In this document: positions 24,368-36,344 of the stretch, piece after piece
How the letters are laid out: every line of letters begins with the position of its first letter
How positions within the stretch are numbered: position 1 is the stretch's first letter
Assembly: GCA_964016885.1 (NCBI GenBank)
Contig: OZ024743.1
Location: 110,174,001-110,238,000, forward strand
Source: Eledone cirrhosa
Taxonomy: Eukaryota
Length of the DNA stretch: 64,000 nucleotides
Direction of reading: 5' to 3'
The notes under the pieces: model-generated
Databases searched by the model: none
What the model was told of the DNA's origin: nothing
The model's input: only the letters and a program-made list of their open reading frames with translations
Program-made: the position numbers and the translations under genes

Positions 24368-27300
24368 TTACAGACATATACTCAGAGTAGGCCCATTCAC
24401 TCGGGCCATTCTTGCTTCTCTCACCCATCTTTCAACAAAATGCTGGGAAGAGAGCACTTCCCTCTCTACTCTGATTTTCCTTTTCAAATGAAATTTGAAA
24501 AAGTCAATCAGAGTATCACCGAAGAGGTAAGTGCTCGTCTTCAGCCCTTTCCAACGTGTCCACCATACTATCTCTTTCGCCATGGCCACCAGACAGATAA
24601 AAACTGCCTGCCCTTCCCGGCTAAAGGAGGAGGGGGGGGGCCATCCTCACGATGGACTCAGATGATAGCTGGATCCGTCCTAAACGCGACAGCAGGTGTT
24701 CGACATAAACCCACAAGTCAGCAATTTTCGGACACTGGACGAGTGCGTGCAGGACGGTTTCGTCGCCCTGCGCGCATCTCGGACATGCCCGGCTGACGGC
24801 ACCTCCATGCCTGTAGAGTTTATCCCGAACTGGAAAGGCTCCTCAGTAGCACTGCCAGGCCAGAGATTTCTGGAAGTTGTCCATAGGCCCTGGCCCGAAA
24901 GTTCTTCCGAAGAGATTGGCTAGTTGATTTTCGTCGACGCCTAGACTTTACCCAAGTACGTCGTCGCTCTTCCCCTCTACTAATCCTCTATAGTACGCCG
25001 AGGTGGAGTTTCCACCGATCACATTGCCCGATTGGTCGAGGGCTGTGAGCGCCTGAAGACATTCCAGTCTCCAGGCGCTCCCTCTCGGTTTTCGCTTGAC
25101 CCAGGACTGCAGCTCCGTCAAGGAAACGAGCTGGGGAAATACGTGTCTAGCAAACGGCGACCACACCTGATCACCGTCGAGGAATAGGTGGAGATGTTGT
25201 AGCCTGAGCGCGTGTCTGCGCATCATCAGCCACGCCATGCCCAGCCCTCCACGTAGCGGGTGTTGACAGCAGATGCACCGCCTGACTATCGGAGCGCGTC
25301 CCTTCCACAAAAAGCGAAAGAGCAAACGCTCCAGCGCAGTCAGGCTAGGCTTAGGACAAGGTACGACGGTCAGGCGGTAGCAGATGACCGACGCGATGTA
25401 CGCGTCAGCCACCTCCGCTCGACCTTTCAGGGATAGCTTACACTCCGCCCATTTCTGGGTGAGTGAAGCCACCCTGCTCGTCACCTCGTCCCAGTTTTTG
25501 TCCGTCTGGAGGTCCGGACCGAACCAGACCCCGAGCAATTTAACCGGTCCGTCCGTCCAGCGTCCGACGACGCTGTTGGACGGCATGGACCTGCCTCTCC
25601 AGGTGCCGAGCTGCAGGCCCACTGACTTTTCCTGGTGGATCATTGCTCCTGTCACTGCTTCGTATTCTCTTATTTTAGTGCCGATCGCCTCGATGTGTTT
25701 GGCGTTCGACACCACTACGGTGACATCGTCCGCATATGCTGACACGGATCTTCCGCATCCTAGTTCGCGCGGGACGCCCCTCAACGTCTCCAGTTTGTTC
25801 AGTAATGGCTCGAGAGTCAATACGTACAAGAGGGACGATAGGGGACATCCTTGGCGGACCGAGCGCATGATGTTGAACGGTTCCGACAGGTGACCGTTCA
25901 CTCTCACCACAGAGCAGATGTCGCTGTGCATGGCAGTGATCCAGCCTCTGAAGACGGGCCCAAAGCCAGCCGCCCTCAGGACTGCCGCTAGGTAACGATG
26001 GTCGACCCTATCGAAAGCTTTCGACTGATCTAAATTGATCAAGGACCCACCCGTGCCAGGTTCCCTAGCTACCCTCTCTACGATGTATCGCATGAGGTAG
26101 AGGTTGTCGTGGATGGATCTGTCGGGAATGGCGGATGTCTGCGCCTCTCCCACCAGACCACCAACGACAAGCGCCAACCTCTTTGCTAGCACCTTGGCCA
26201 ACATCTTGAACTCTGTGTTTAGCAGCGTTATGGGCCGGAAATTATCTATGTTATCCCCCTTGTTCGGATCCTTTCTCAGCAGTGCCACCGCTCCTCGGCT
26301 CACAGAACTGGAAATTCTCCCGTTCTGTTGCCAGTTGCAGTAGACGTCCGCCAAGAGGCCTCCGAACAAGATTGGCATCTGTACGTAAAGTTCATAAGGC
26401 AGACCATCCAAACCAGGCGATTTACCCCTTGTGCAGCCAGTCAATGCCTCCCTTACTTCAGCGGCTGTTATCGGCTTTTCGCAACACTTTGCCTCAGTGG
26501 CCGAGAGCCGCGGCAGTCCGTCGAGGTAGACACTAAAGTCCATCCTTCGACCCGGCCCACCGCTGCCCCCGAAAAGCTGAGCGAAGTGTCGCTGAAAAGC
26601 TTCACACATTTGCCCGGGATCGAGTAGCATTCGCCCGTCGTGGTCCACCAAAGACCGGATCGTGGCTTTGTTGCCACGACGCGCCTCCGCCACTCGGGCC
26701 CATTGAACGGCTTTCGTCCCCTCGTGTCTGAGAGCACGCACCCTTGCTCTGACAACGCAGCCTTCGTGCTTTGCATTGAAGAATTGGTCAAGGGCCAATT
26801 TCGCCGCAAGCACGTCGGTCGCAATGCCTTTGCTAAGCGCCTCGTCTAATTTTCTAACTAGTTCACCCTCTGCTCTATTTTTCTCTATTGCTAAAGCCTA
26901 ATGGATTCTATTCTAATCGCTCTTTTCAGAGCAAACCACCACTTGTTGTTGACGATATCCCCCGTGAACGCCCGCTTAACTAGTTCGCTAATCCGGTCTC
27001 TGTAGGCCTTGCGCGCTGGTAAGGACGCGTTCAGCTTCCAGCAGCCGTGTCCTCGTCTATGAAGCCTATCTAAGTCAAGCACACAGATCACGAATTTGTG
27101 TTCCGTGTAGCTGACTATCTTGAATTGTGGACAGCCTATGCTAGACCTATCTATTTCCCTACAAAATACTCTATCTAGATATGATCTGGATGACCCTATA
27201 CGATTTGTCCAAGTCCACATTGGCACATTAGGGAAATCCAATCGGTACCTGTCAGACAGTTCAAAACGCCTGAGCAGGTTGGTGAGGTTCTTGCACCATC

Positions 27301-27777
27301 CACCCCTATCCGCTAATCCCACACAGTCCCAGCGTGCATCTAAGATCCCGTTCCAATCGCCCACTAACACTAAAGATCGGGACGTTCCAAGAAAGGTCTC
27401 CAGACGTCGGAAGAAATCAGGGCGCCCTGCTCCTGTCGGGGCATAGACGGCCACTATCCTGAAAGCTTGCCCGTCTCCGCTGGTCACGTCCAGCACCACA
27501 AGCTTACCCTCTGGGTCCAGGAAGATGGCCCGTATGGCGAGATACAAACCTCTCCGAAAAAGCACAGCAACTCCTCCCCCGATCCAGGACGGATGGGAGA
27601 TGTGTACACATCGTAGCCGCCGAAGATCGGTGCGAAGGCCCGTGCTTCGGAGATTCTGGTCTCGCTGATGGCCACTACATCTATGTTTAGTGACCTGAGG
27701 TCGTTGAGCAGGTGACCCTGCTTCCATGACGACCCCAAGCCACGCCCATTTATGCTGCCTATTCTGAATGAGGTCAT
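24368..27777 (-). pseudogene. Tx1/L1-like ORF2: APE endonuclease + RT + C-terminal zinc finger, disrupted by frameshifts and a stop
   Basis: SINGRGL, ISETR, VYAP, GDWN, YLDRVF, TEHK (APE); KSPGLDGL, FRPITLLN, LDQSKAFDRVDH, VRQGCPLS, YADD (RT); CPRCAQGDETVLHALVQC. Confidence 0.92.
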
Positions 27778-27809
27778 GTTTAATATAGAGTGGAACAGAT
27801 GGGAAAGAT

Positions 27810-29819
27810 CACTTACCGTACTTTTCGTAGAGGAGGGATGGTTTTTACATCCCTTTTCACTTGATCGTCTGGTGAAGGGACCGTTGAATCGTCCCTTCGG
27901 CTGGTCATCGGCTCTTCTATGAGTATGTCCGAATATACTCTTCGGTTGGTAGTTCCTCCTAGGTCTCTGAAATCACCAACTGCGTTGGGGAATTTCGTTT
28001 TAATGTCTGTGTATTATTTCTGTACTATTTTTATTAGTCTTATGTTAGTTGGCGTTTTGATTGGTGCTGCTATTATGTAGTCGTGTTGTGAAATGTCTGT
28101 GTGTTCAATTATGTAAGTCATTAGTTTCTTGTTGTGTGTATTTATTGACGGTTATTTGTTTTTCTGGGGGTTGGGTGTGGTTCTGCTATTTTCTTGTCGT
28201 TGTTGCTGGGTGTGTGTGTTTTGTTGTTGTGTTTGCGATGTTGGTGCTTGTAGTGGTGGTGTTGAAGGTGTTGTTGGCGGTGGGATTGTCGCCGGTGGTG
28301 ATGGTGGTGCTAGTGTGGGTGGTGATGGTGTTGGTGGTGTTGCTGCTGTGAGTCACTTTGCAGTAGACTTTACCCTTTTTTCATTTCTTTCCTCCTTTTT
28401 CAAAGGCGACGATGCGCTGCTTCTGCGTTTGTGCCTTCTTACGACCTTTTGCCATACCTCTCCCACCTCACACTCCATGTCTGATTCTGTGAGGTCGGGG
28501 AGGGGTACCAGCTCCACTCTTTCACTTGTTGTTGTTGGTGATGTTTGCACTGGAGTCTCTGTTGCAGCTGCATTTGGTATTGCTGTTGTTGTTGTTAATA
28601 TTTCCACTGCTGTTGCTGTTTTTGATTTCCGTCGCGTGGGTATGGGTGCCACGGACCTACCGTTCCTGGTTGCCGCTTTTCCTGTTGCTGGTAGCCGTGG
28701 AGCCGGTTTCGGAAGGAGGGGGGTTTTCTCCTTTCTCAGGGTCTTCTCGTTGCAGAAGGCCCTGAGGTGAGTCTTCGATCCACAGTGAAAGCATTTCGGG
28801 CGTTTGCCCTCAACACATATGGGCAGTTGAGTGCCGTTATCGAAGTCTATCACATCCGGGATAGCTTCGATGCACTCCTGGTTGGTTTGGATTAACATCT
28901 CAATGGAGGTGCCGACCCAATCTTCTCTTACTTTTTTCTCTATTTGCAGTACAGTTGTTTTGTCCTCGATTCCGACGAGGACAGACGCGGCCAGCCAAGA
29001 AGGGGCCATCCCTCTGGGGGGTCACTACGGATTGAGCCTTTGCCTCCTGGGGTGTGGCAAAAAGTACGTCTACGGTGGCATATTTCTTGCCTCGGGTGAT
29101 GTGTGTTTTCCGCTTCCACACAGACCCCAAGGCTTTTTGTATTTGAGCCTCTGTGGCTCTTTCCACCCTACGGGATTTTGTACTTACTGTGCGGTACGTG
29201 ACCGTACAGTGCTGTTGGGTTTCGAAAAATGTTTCCGCTGCCTTGCAGATTGCTCGGTGTCCGGTTTTTGTCACCATCTTCTTCGCTTCCTCTAATTCCT
29301 CATTTGTTATGAGAATTGTTCCAGGTTCTTCGCGATACCTGCAAATGAGATTGGTTTTTCTTTGCTGCTGTTGTTGTTGTTGTTGTCGTCAGAGCTGCTG
29401 TTACTTTTGTTGTTGCTGCAGGTACTACGACTACTGCCGCCGCCGCTGTTGCTGTGGTTGTTGTTTTTGTTGCTGCTGCTAATGCTGTTGTTGTTTATGC
29501 TGCTACTGATGCTGTTGCGGCTGCTACTGTTGTTTTCATTGTCACTGTTGCTGTTGTCATTACGGCTGCTACTGCTATTATTCCTGACGTCAGACAAATG
29601 AAATGGGTTTTCGTATTTCCCGCACACCTGTTTCGTCGTCGTTGTCGTCGTCGTCGTGGAGAAATCTTGCACGCTTTGCACGAGACTTTTCTTTTATGTC
29701 GTCGCTTGCGAAAGAGAAGGGAGGGAGAGAGACAATCTTCTCTCTGCTGTATTGACGATTGAGGAAGAAGAAGGCGGAATGAGTGGGAGTGACCTATGAA
29801 CATTCTTTTTCGTAGCCAT
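27810..29819 (-). pseudogene. Tx1-like ORF1 (gag-like) with a CCHC knuckle and poly-Asn/Ser/Thr tracts, disrupted
   Basis: ATG at 29819 is in frame with ORF 29307-29681; ISFAGIA motif; EGKRPKCFHCGSKTHLRAFC; ORF pieces 28900-29277 and 28353-29009. End coordinate approximate. Confidence 0.8.
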
Positions 29820-30077
29820 GTTGTTTTTTTTTGTTTAAAATAAATATTGGGCACAAAACCCAATAAGCAGTTATTTAACCCCGAAGGGCCAAATAACGGG
29901 CAGAAAGACCCCTCTCACGAGGAGGAGGGTGTTTTTGTCTACAAGTTGGTAAAAGTTTTAAACAATTTACAATTGTTATAGCTTTCAAAATTTACAATAC
30001 CTTACAGAGCCGAGCCTCCGTCAACCATAGCATTCAATAATAATAATAATAATAAAAATAATACTAATACTAATAAT

Positions 30078-30263
30078 AATTGTTTCTACTTTTGGCACAA
30101 GTCAGCAATTATCACAGTATATTACTGGTACTTTATTTTATCGACCGCGTAAGGATGAAAGGCAAAGTTAACCCCGCCGCGATTTGAACTCAGATCGTAA
30201 AGGGACATAACTATGCTGGAAAGCATGTCCGACCCTCTACCGATACTGCCAATTCACCGCTCT
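30078..30263 (-). mobile_element. Full-length tRNA-derived SINE inside an (AAT)n tract
   Basis: Minus strand: A-box-like tggcagtatcggt, B-box gagttcaaatc, body tttgcctttcatccttac..gtcgataaaataaagtaccag, (att)n tail. Confidence 0.9.
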
Positions 30264-30284
30264 AAATAATAATAATAATAATGA

Positions 30285-30584
30285 TAAAAGTTACACGAAA
30301 AATTGATGTTATAAAAGAATAATGCTAATGTAAATATCTAAGGAGATAAATGAATTACATCTAACTCTTATTTATCATATCTATATGAATTAATATAAAT
30401 GTATCAATATATATATATATACCTATCAATTTAATTAATTTATTTTCTTTTTATAGATGTAAATTCCCTATATTTTAAATAAGATTGATATTTTTCACTA
30501 ACACATTTATAGTAAAATGTTATTCTCCTTAGATATTTACATTAGCATTATTCTTTTATAACGTCCATTTTCGTGTACCTTTTA
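30285..30584. repeat. Inverted repeat, about 60 bp arms and 180 bp spacer
   Basis: ataaaagaataatgctaatgtaaatatctaaggag versus ctccttagatatttacattagcattattcttttat. Confidence 0.85.
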
Positions 30585-30804
30585 CCGACTTGACCTATTT
30601 TCAACCCTAAAATTATCTTTTCATTCATCATACTCTTTCCATTCAAAACTGAAATCTGCTTTCCTCTACCCCTAAATTAAAGTTATATTACTACTATTCT
30701 ACCATCTTGACCACTTACTACCTTTCTATTGTTCAATTCAAAACCTGTTCCCAAACAGACCTATTATATTAAATCATTGTTGGTTTTTTTTCAATAAACA
30801 AATA

Positions 30805-30990
30805 TCATTATTTCTGAAGACAGCATATATATGTGTAGGTATGTATATTACCTCGGATAGTTTGTCAACATTTTACATAGATCTGTATGATATACATACC
30901 AACACAAACATATATATCCTAGAAACGATCGTGAAATTATGAATTGTTAATATAAGGAACTGTTCTCTTTGTTTTTACTCATTATTTGTA
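30805..30990 (+). mobile_element. Family C pLTR-like element with a long-helix-II hammerhead (H17 = G, probably inactive)
   Basis: tcattattt CTGAAGA...GAAA cgatcg TG aaattatga; homologous to 61889-62100. Confidence 0.7.
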
Positions 30991-30995
30991 TTAAT

Positions 30996-31056
<61 letters not shown>

Positions 31057-31243
31057 TATGTATATATATATTAGCATAGACTGACTTATTATACACTGGT
31101 ATACCTAACTAGGTTATTTAATATGATTAATAAACATTTCTATTCCTCTTTCCTTATCTAACACCTATTTACATAGCACCCATTTATATATATATATATA
31201 TATAAAATTAGAATTGGCGCTCTGAAATAGCGATACATTTATG

Positions 31244-31801
31244 TATGTATATATAGTGTATTTTGCAATACACTTTATGCTTAATTAAACGCATTTCGAA
31301 AACCTTATGCTATATTTTAGAGTAGTGACAGTCTCACTTACTTTAAATTTTTGCAAACAGGGGAGATAAAGCTGACAGAGCTATGTTTCGTACTGATTGG
31401 TACTTATCAAAGCCAAGTACTCCACCTGTTTGCTGAAAATCATGAATGTTTGATTCTTATAGAATTTCTAGTAATAATCAGGAACTGATCATACAGCGCG
31501 GTTGCCGGTGAGCAGAAATTGAAAATATTCTGATTCACCGGCAACCGCGCTGTATGATAAGTTCCTGATTATTACTAGAAATTCTATAAGAATCAAACTT
31601 TCACGATTTTCAGCAAACAGGTGGAGTACTTGGCTTTGATAATTACCAATCAGTACGAAATATAGCTCTGTCAGCTTTATCTCCCCTGTTTGCTGAAAAT
31701 TTAAAGTAAGGGACACTGTCACTACTCTAAAATATAGCATACGGTCTTCGAAATGCTTTTAATTAAGCATAGAGTGTATTGCAAAATACACTATATATAC
31801 A

Positions 31802-31803
<2 letters not shown>
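31244..31803. mobile_element. Fold-back element with about 270 bp inverted arms
   Basis: Arms 31244-31515 and 31529-31803 are near-perfect reverse complements; (TA) flanks. Confidence 0.9.
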
Positions 31804-31887
<84 letters not shown>

Positions 31888-31889
<2 letters not shown>

Positions 31890-32445
31890 CGAGGTGTGTC
31901 AGAAAAGTTCCAGGACTGATGTCACAAAAGATTTATTTCAAACCTAAACTTCACACTTGGAGTTTTCTTATTCAAAGTAATCCACCTGGAATCTAATGCA
32001 CTTTTCCATCCTTTTCTGCCACGCTTGCATGCACTTCTGGAAGGATTCTTCCGGGATCCTCCGCAGTACCGTCGGCACGGCCTTTTTGATGTCGTCCACG
32101 TCTTCAAAAACGGGTCTCCTCCGGGTCGTACTCGAAGATCCATGTCTCATCACCGCTGATAACTGTCACTACAAGTCTGGTTCGGTTTCAAGATGCCCGA
32201 GGATGTCCTGGCACACTTGCATGCGTCGACCCTTCTGGTCATCGTTCAGCAGTTTTGGCATCATCATCGCGCAGACTTTTCGCCTGTCAAAATCTTGAGT
32301 GAGAATCTTCCAGACGCTGTCCCGATTCATGCGCAGCTCATTTGCCAACAGTCGAACAGTCAGCCTTAAATCGCTACGCACCATCTGCCTGACGTGCTCA
32401 ACGTTGACTTCAGTCCTGGAACCTTTCTGACACACCTACCTCGTA
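31888..32445 (-). mobile_element. Mariner deletion derivative, same family as 4491-5370
   Basis: TIR tacgaggtgtgtcagaaaagttccaggactga; RKVCAMMMPKLLNDDQK; same YDPE deletion junction. Confidence 0.9.
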
Positions 32446-32570
32446 TATATATATATATATATATTAGCATAGACTGACATGTTATACCCTGGTATACCTA
32501 ACTATGTCATTTAATATGATTAATAAACATTTATATTTTTCTTTCCTTATCTAACACGTATTTTATTTAT

Positions 32571-32668
<98 letters not shown>

Positions 32669-34129
32669 GTGAATCGATCCCCAAAACACACATGTATAAC
32701 TGCAATTATATATTTAATGATAAACTGGAGCCTTAAAAATTGACATTCATAAACTTGAATGATACATTTGAATACCTTTCTAAACAGTATTTTCTTAGTA
32801 AATAGAAAAAATGGTTGCAATTATATTCGAAGTGGTAATACCTGTGGCTATGCAACAATAATAAACTGAAATATATTTGCAAAGTTTCCGACCAGAGATG
32901 AAAGAAAACAAATATTCTTAATAGCTTCTTGTACTAATCTTTTAAAAACTAACGATGAAGAAATATTTTCAAGAAATATATTTAATAAAAGAAGCAATTT
33001 CACACTCCATAGTCTTTGTTCGGAATTTTATTGATATCAGCATTCACATATTCATTCATGTGTATAATTATAGTTGATTTTGAACTATATTTGACTGGCA
33101 AATTTATCATTCTGAACATTGAAATAGTAATGTATTCATATATAAATTATATTTTATTTCTAATTTATCACTACAAATTTAATATTCCATTGGCAAGCAT
33201 AAATAATCACATTAAAATAATGACTTCTTCATTCATCATTAATGGTCATCGAGCTTCACTGATATTAGTATACTTTCTATGTCAAGATGGCGGATAATCT
33301 GTCGCTTAACGTTAAGTATTTCTCCGAATCCTCCTTTTTTAGCGTCTACATTTACCCTTATTATTGCTATGTTTATCTACTTATTTTACTCTACCTTTAT
33401 TTCTATTTCCCACTCTCTCTCTTTTTCCCTCTCCCCCTTTCTCGCTCTTTATACATGTATATTTACGCATGAAATAATTATCGCATAGAAATATGTCATA
33501 GTGAGCAAACGGCATATACACACGTTCACACACACTCACAGACACACACACACATACACATATATATGTATATATATATTTCTAGTGTCAATCATTGCAG
33601 TGCAGCCATGCGCGTTCTGTGATTGGAGTCAATCATATTTCGCGCATTATTACATTTAAAATTTGTCATCTTACGCGGAATACTCATGTTCCGCTATCGA
33701 ACTTTTAATTCATTTCTGCATCCAGTAGATACGATATCCTCCCTCATGCTGCAAGTTTTGGGCTTTCTGGTGTCATCATTTAGCGTTTTATGATACGTAG
33801 CGTAAACTTGATTTTTGAGGGTTTATATTAGAAATAAATGGTCTAATTTGTATGCGAAATGTAAAGTCTAGTTCAAATTTCATCGATGCAGATGAAGGGA
33901 AAGGCAAAAAATATCACTCTAAATCATTCCAAGGTGAAGACAAAAGTATTTGAACGGTCTTGAATTTAATCCCTCATATATATATATATATACAAATTAA
34001 GATAGAATTTGCTGAAAACCTGCTTGTATTAGCTAATAGGTCGATGCTGGCAACAATCTTAAATACGTAAGACAGTTACGATATTTTATCATTTTGTACA
34101 CGGTGAATATTCAAACGAATGAATGTGCT

Positions 34130-34500
34130 TGGCTGGGCGGCTTTTGGAAAAGTTTATATTCTCGTTAGACGTTCCACGCTATGTATTGAGACCAAGAGAA
34201 AGGTGATTAATTAATGTGTTCTGAAGGTGATGGCTTAAGGGTGATGAAGTAAGAGCTAGACACTCTACAGCACAAATGAAGAGATTTATACAGTGGCGCA
34301 ACCTAAATTGGAGGCAATCATTCTCGACCTCATCATAAGTGACAGCAAGAGCAACAACTGGATACGAGAGCAGTGTTGAGTGAAAGAAATAATCGATACA
34401 ACCAAGAATGGTGGGATGGCTTCATCTCTCGACTGAGAGACAAAAGGTAGACTATTAGAGCGACATAATGGACACGTTGGCAGCGAAGAAGACGTTGGTG
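34130..34500 (+). mobile_element. Degenerate RTE LINE 3' fragment
   Basis: Weak similarity to the RTE C-terminus (wir.q.., r..d.r..ir..w motifs). Confidence 0.45.
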
Positions 34501-34726
34501 CAGATTCAATTACACACTTTGTATATATATATTACTTTATTAAACTATTCGGCTGTTGGAAAACGTCTTTATATATATCTTAATTAATAGCAAACAATAG
34601 AATATCAACTTTGTACATAGTGAATATGATATATTAAAAAATATACAGGGGCTAATCGGCCTGATTTGCATATTTATTAAAATATCATATATTTTCACTA
34701 GCTCTGACAGTTGGCAGGTGAAAAGT

Positions 34727-34777
34727 GAACTGCACTGATGAAGGGTAATCATCCAAAGACATTAGTGTCTGCAGTTC
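34727..34777 (+). ncRNA. Degenerate hammerhead motif (GAAA mutated)
   Basis: gaactgca CTGATGA a gggt aatc atcc a AAGA cattagtg TC tgcagttc: perfect 8 bp helix I, GUC site. Confidence 0.55.
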
Positions 34778-34881
34778 TGTTTAGATGCCAACACAAGACC
34801 AAGAATGAGGGGCTCATTCTACTCACAAGGGTTAACAAGAGTATCGAATTGTATTATTAATATTCGTAAAAATTAGGTTTC

Positions 34882-34927
<46 letters not shown>

Positions 34928-34953
34928 GCACACACACACACACATACACACAA

Positions 34954-35002
<49 letters not shown>

Positions 35003-35009
35003 CACACAA

Positions 35010-35045
<36 letters not shown>

Positions 35046-35052
<7 letters not shown>

Positions 35053-35422
35053 TAAAAGGAATTCCAACTTTGTCTGATTTACTCGTTTTATTTACAATCC
35101 TTTAAAATTATAATGATATTAGAATGAAATAGTATGGTAGAATATTAAATGTTATATGTTAATTAAACAACTACTTTCATGCTTTCGCAGTCTTAAGGTT
35201 CATATGTTGTAGTGACAGTCAAATTTGCAACTGAAAATTGCAAACTTGACTGTCCCCACAGAATGAGAACCTGAAGATTGTGAAAGCATGAAAGTACTTG
35301 TTTAATTAACATATAAAATTTAATATTCTACCATAATATTTCATTCTAATACCATTATAATTTTAAAGGGTTGTAAATAAAACGAGTAAATCAGACAAAT
35401 TTGGAATTCCTTTTATTAATAT
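35046..35422. mobile_element. Fold-back element (about 185 bp arms) with a minimal hammerhead at 35268-35302
   Basis: Arms meet at ttgcaa ctgaaaa ttgcaa; aac CTGAAGA t tg tgaaag ca t GAAA gtac TT gtt. Confidence 0.85.
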
Positions 35423-35474
35423 AATCTTCCATACACAATCATACACACCCGTGTATATTTATATATATATATAT

Positions 35475-35516
<42 letters not shown>

Positions 35517-35773
35517 AATATCAAATGTGCGTATATATATATACATAGAGAGGGAGAGAAACAATGAAACATAATTTCATTTCTTACTCGCCTTTTTGTT
35601 CAACACTGACACAGAAACGATGTTCTAGTTTCAAGCTTATTAGCTATCGTCAGCATCGGATACCTTCCTTTTAGATGATTGAACGTTTGAAAGTATATAC
35701 TTTCCTGATGCATATTAACGGCTGAGCAGCCTAATTTGCATATCGAGTGAGTTAGTCTGACATTTCGTCTCAT

Positions 35774-35955
35774 TGGCAGTATCGGTAGAGGGTCGGACGC
35801 CATGCTTTGACGCATAGAGTTACGGCCCTTGCCATTCTGAGTTCAAATCCCGCCTAGGTTAACTTTGCCTTTCATCCTTACGGGGTCGATAAAATAAAGT
35901 ACCAGTAATGTACTGGGTAATTTCTGGCCTTGTGCCAATAGTAGAAACAATTATT
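35774..35955 (+). mobile_element. tRNA-derived SINE
   Basis: tggcagtatcggt A-box, gagttcaaatcc B-box, 3' end ccttgtgccaatagtagaaacaattatt. Confidence 0.9.
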
Positions 35956-36084
35956 TTCCATTTGTCGTCTTCGGTACGCTCGGCCGACTACTTCACTCGA
36001 TATGCAAATTAGGCTGCTCAGCCGTTAATATGCATAGGGAAAGTATATACTTTCAAACGTTCAATCATCTGGCAGGAAGGTATA

Positions 36085-36125
36085 CGATGCTGACGATAGC
36101 TAATAAGCTTGAAACTAGTACATCG
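36085..36125 (+). ncRNA. Intact minimal type I hammerhead ribozyme motif
   Basis: cgatg CTGACGA t agc taataa gct t GAAA ctag TA catcg. The mirror copy at 35618-35658 (minus) has U16.1 changed to A. Confidence 0.85.
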
Positions 36126-36344
36126 TTCCTGTGTCAGTGTTGAACAAAAAGGCGACGATGGTCGCCGAACACTGTAAGGCGTAATTCTGGCTGTTTGTTT
36201 ACAAACAAACCGAACATTGTAATAAATGTTCCGTAAACCCATACGTACATATATATATATGTGTGCATGTATGTATATATACATACTACAGTACGTCTGT
36301 ACACATATATGTATGTACGTATACATATATATATATATATATAT

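Larger units (their letters stand above)
24117..30035 (-). mobile_element. Full-length Tx1/L1-like non-LTR retrotransposon flanked by (AAT)n on both sides
   Basis: Two ORFs; 3' end reads ...ccttgtggttAATAAAgaaatc(att)n; 5' end abuts (AAT)n at 30036. Confidence 0.92.
31069..32563. repeat. Direct repeat of about 100 bp (31069-31170 and 32462-32563) enclosing a fold-back element and a mariner derivative
   Basis: tattagcatagactgac...tttccttatctaacac shared by both copies. Confidence 0.85.
35588..36155. mobile_element. Fold-back element (about 170 bp arms) with a hammerhead in each arm and a SINE in the spacer
   Basis: 35588-35757 is inverted at 35986-36155. Confidence 0.88.

Noticed and set aside
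25384-26849. Plus-strand ORFs opposite the Tx1 RT
   Set aside because: Antisense shadows of GC-rich coding sequence
35774-35860. tRNA gene
   Set aside because: A/B boxes belong to a multi-copy SINE head; no cloverleaf
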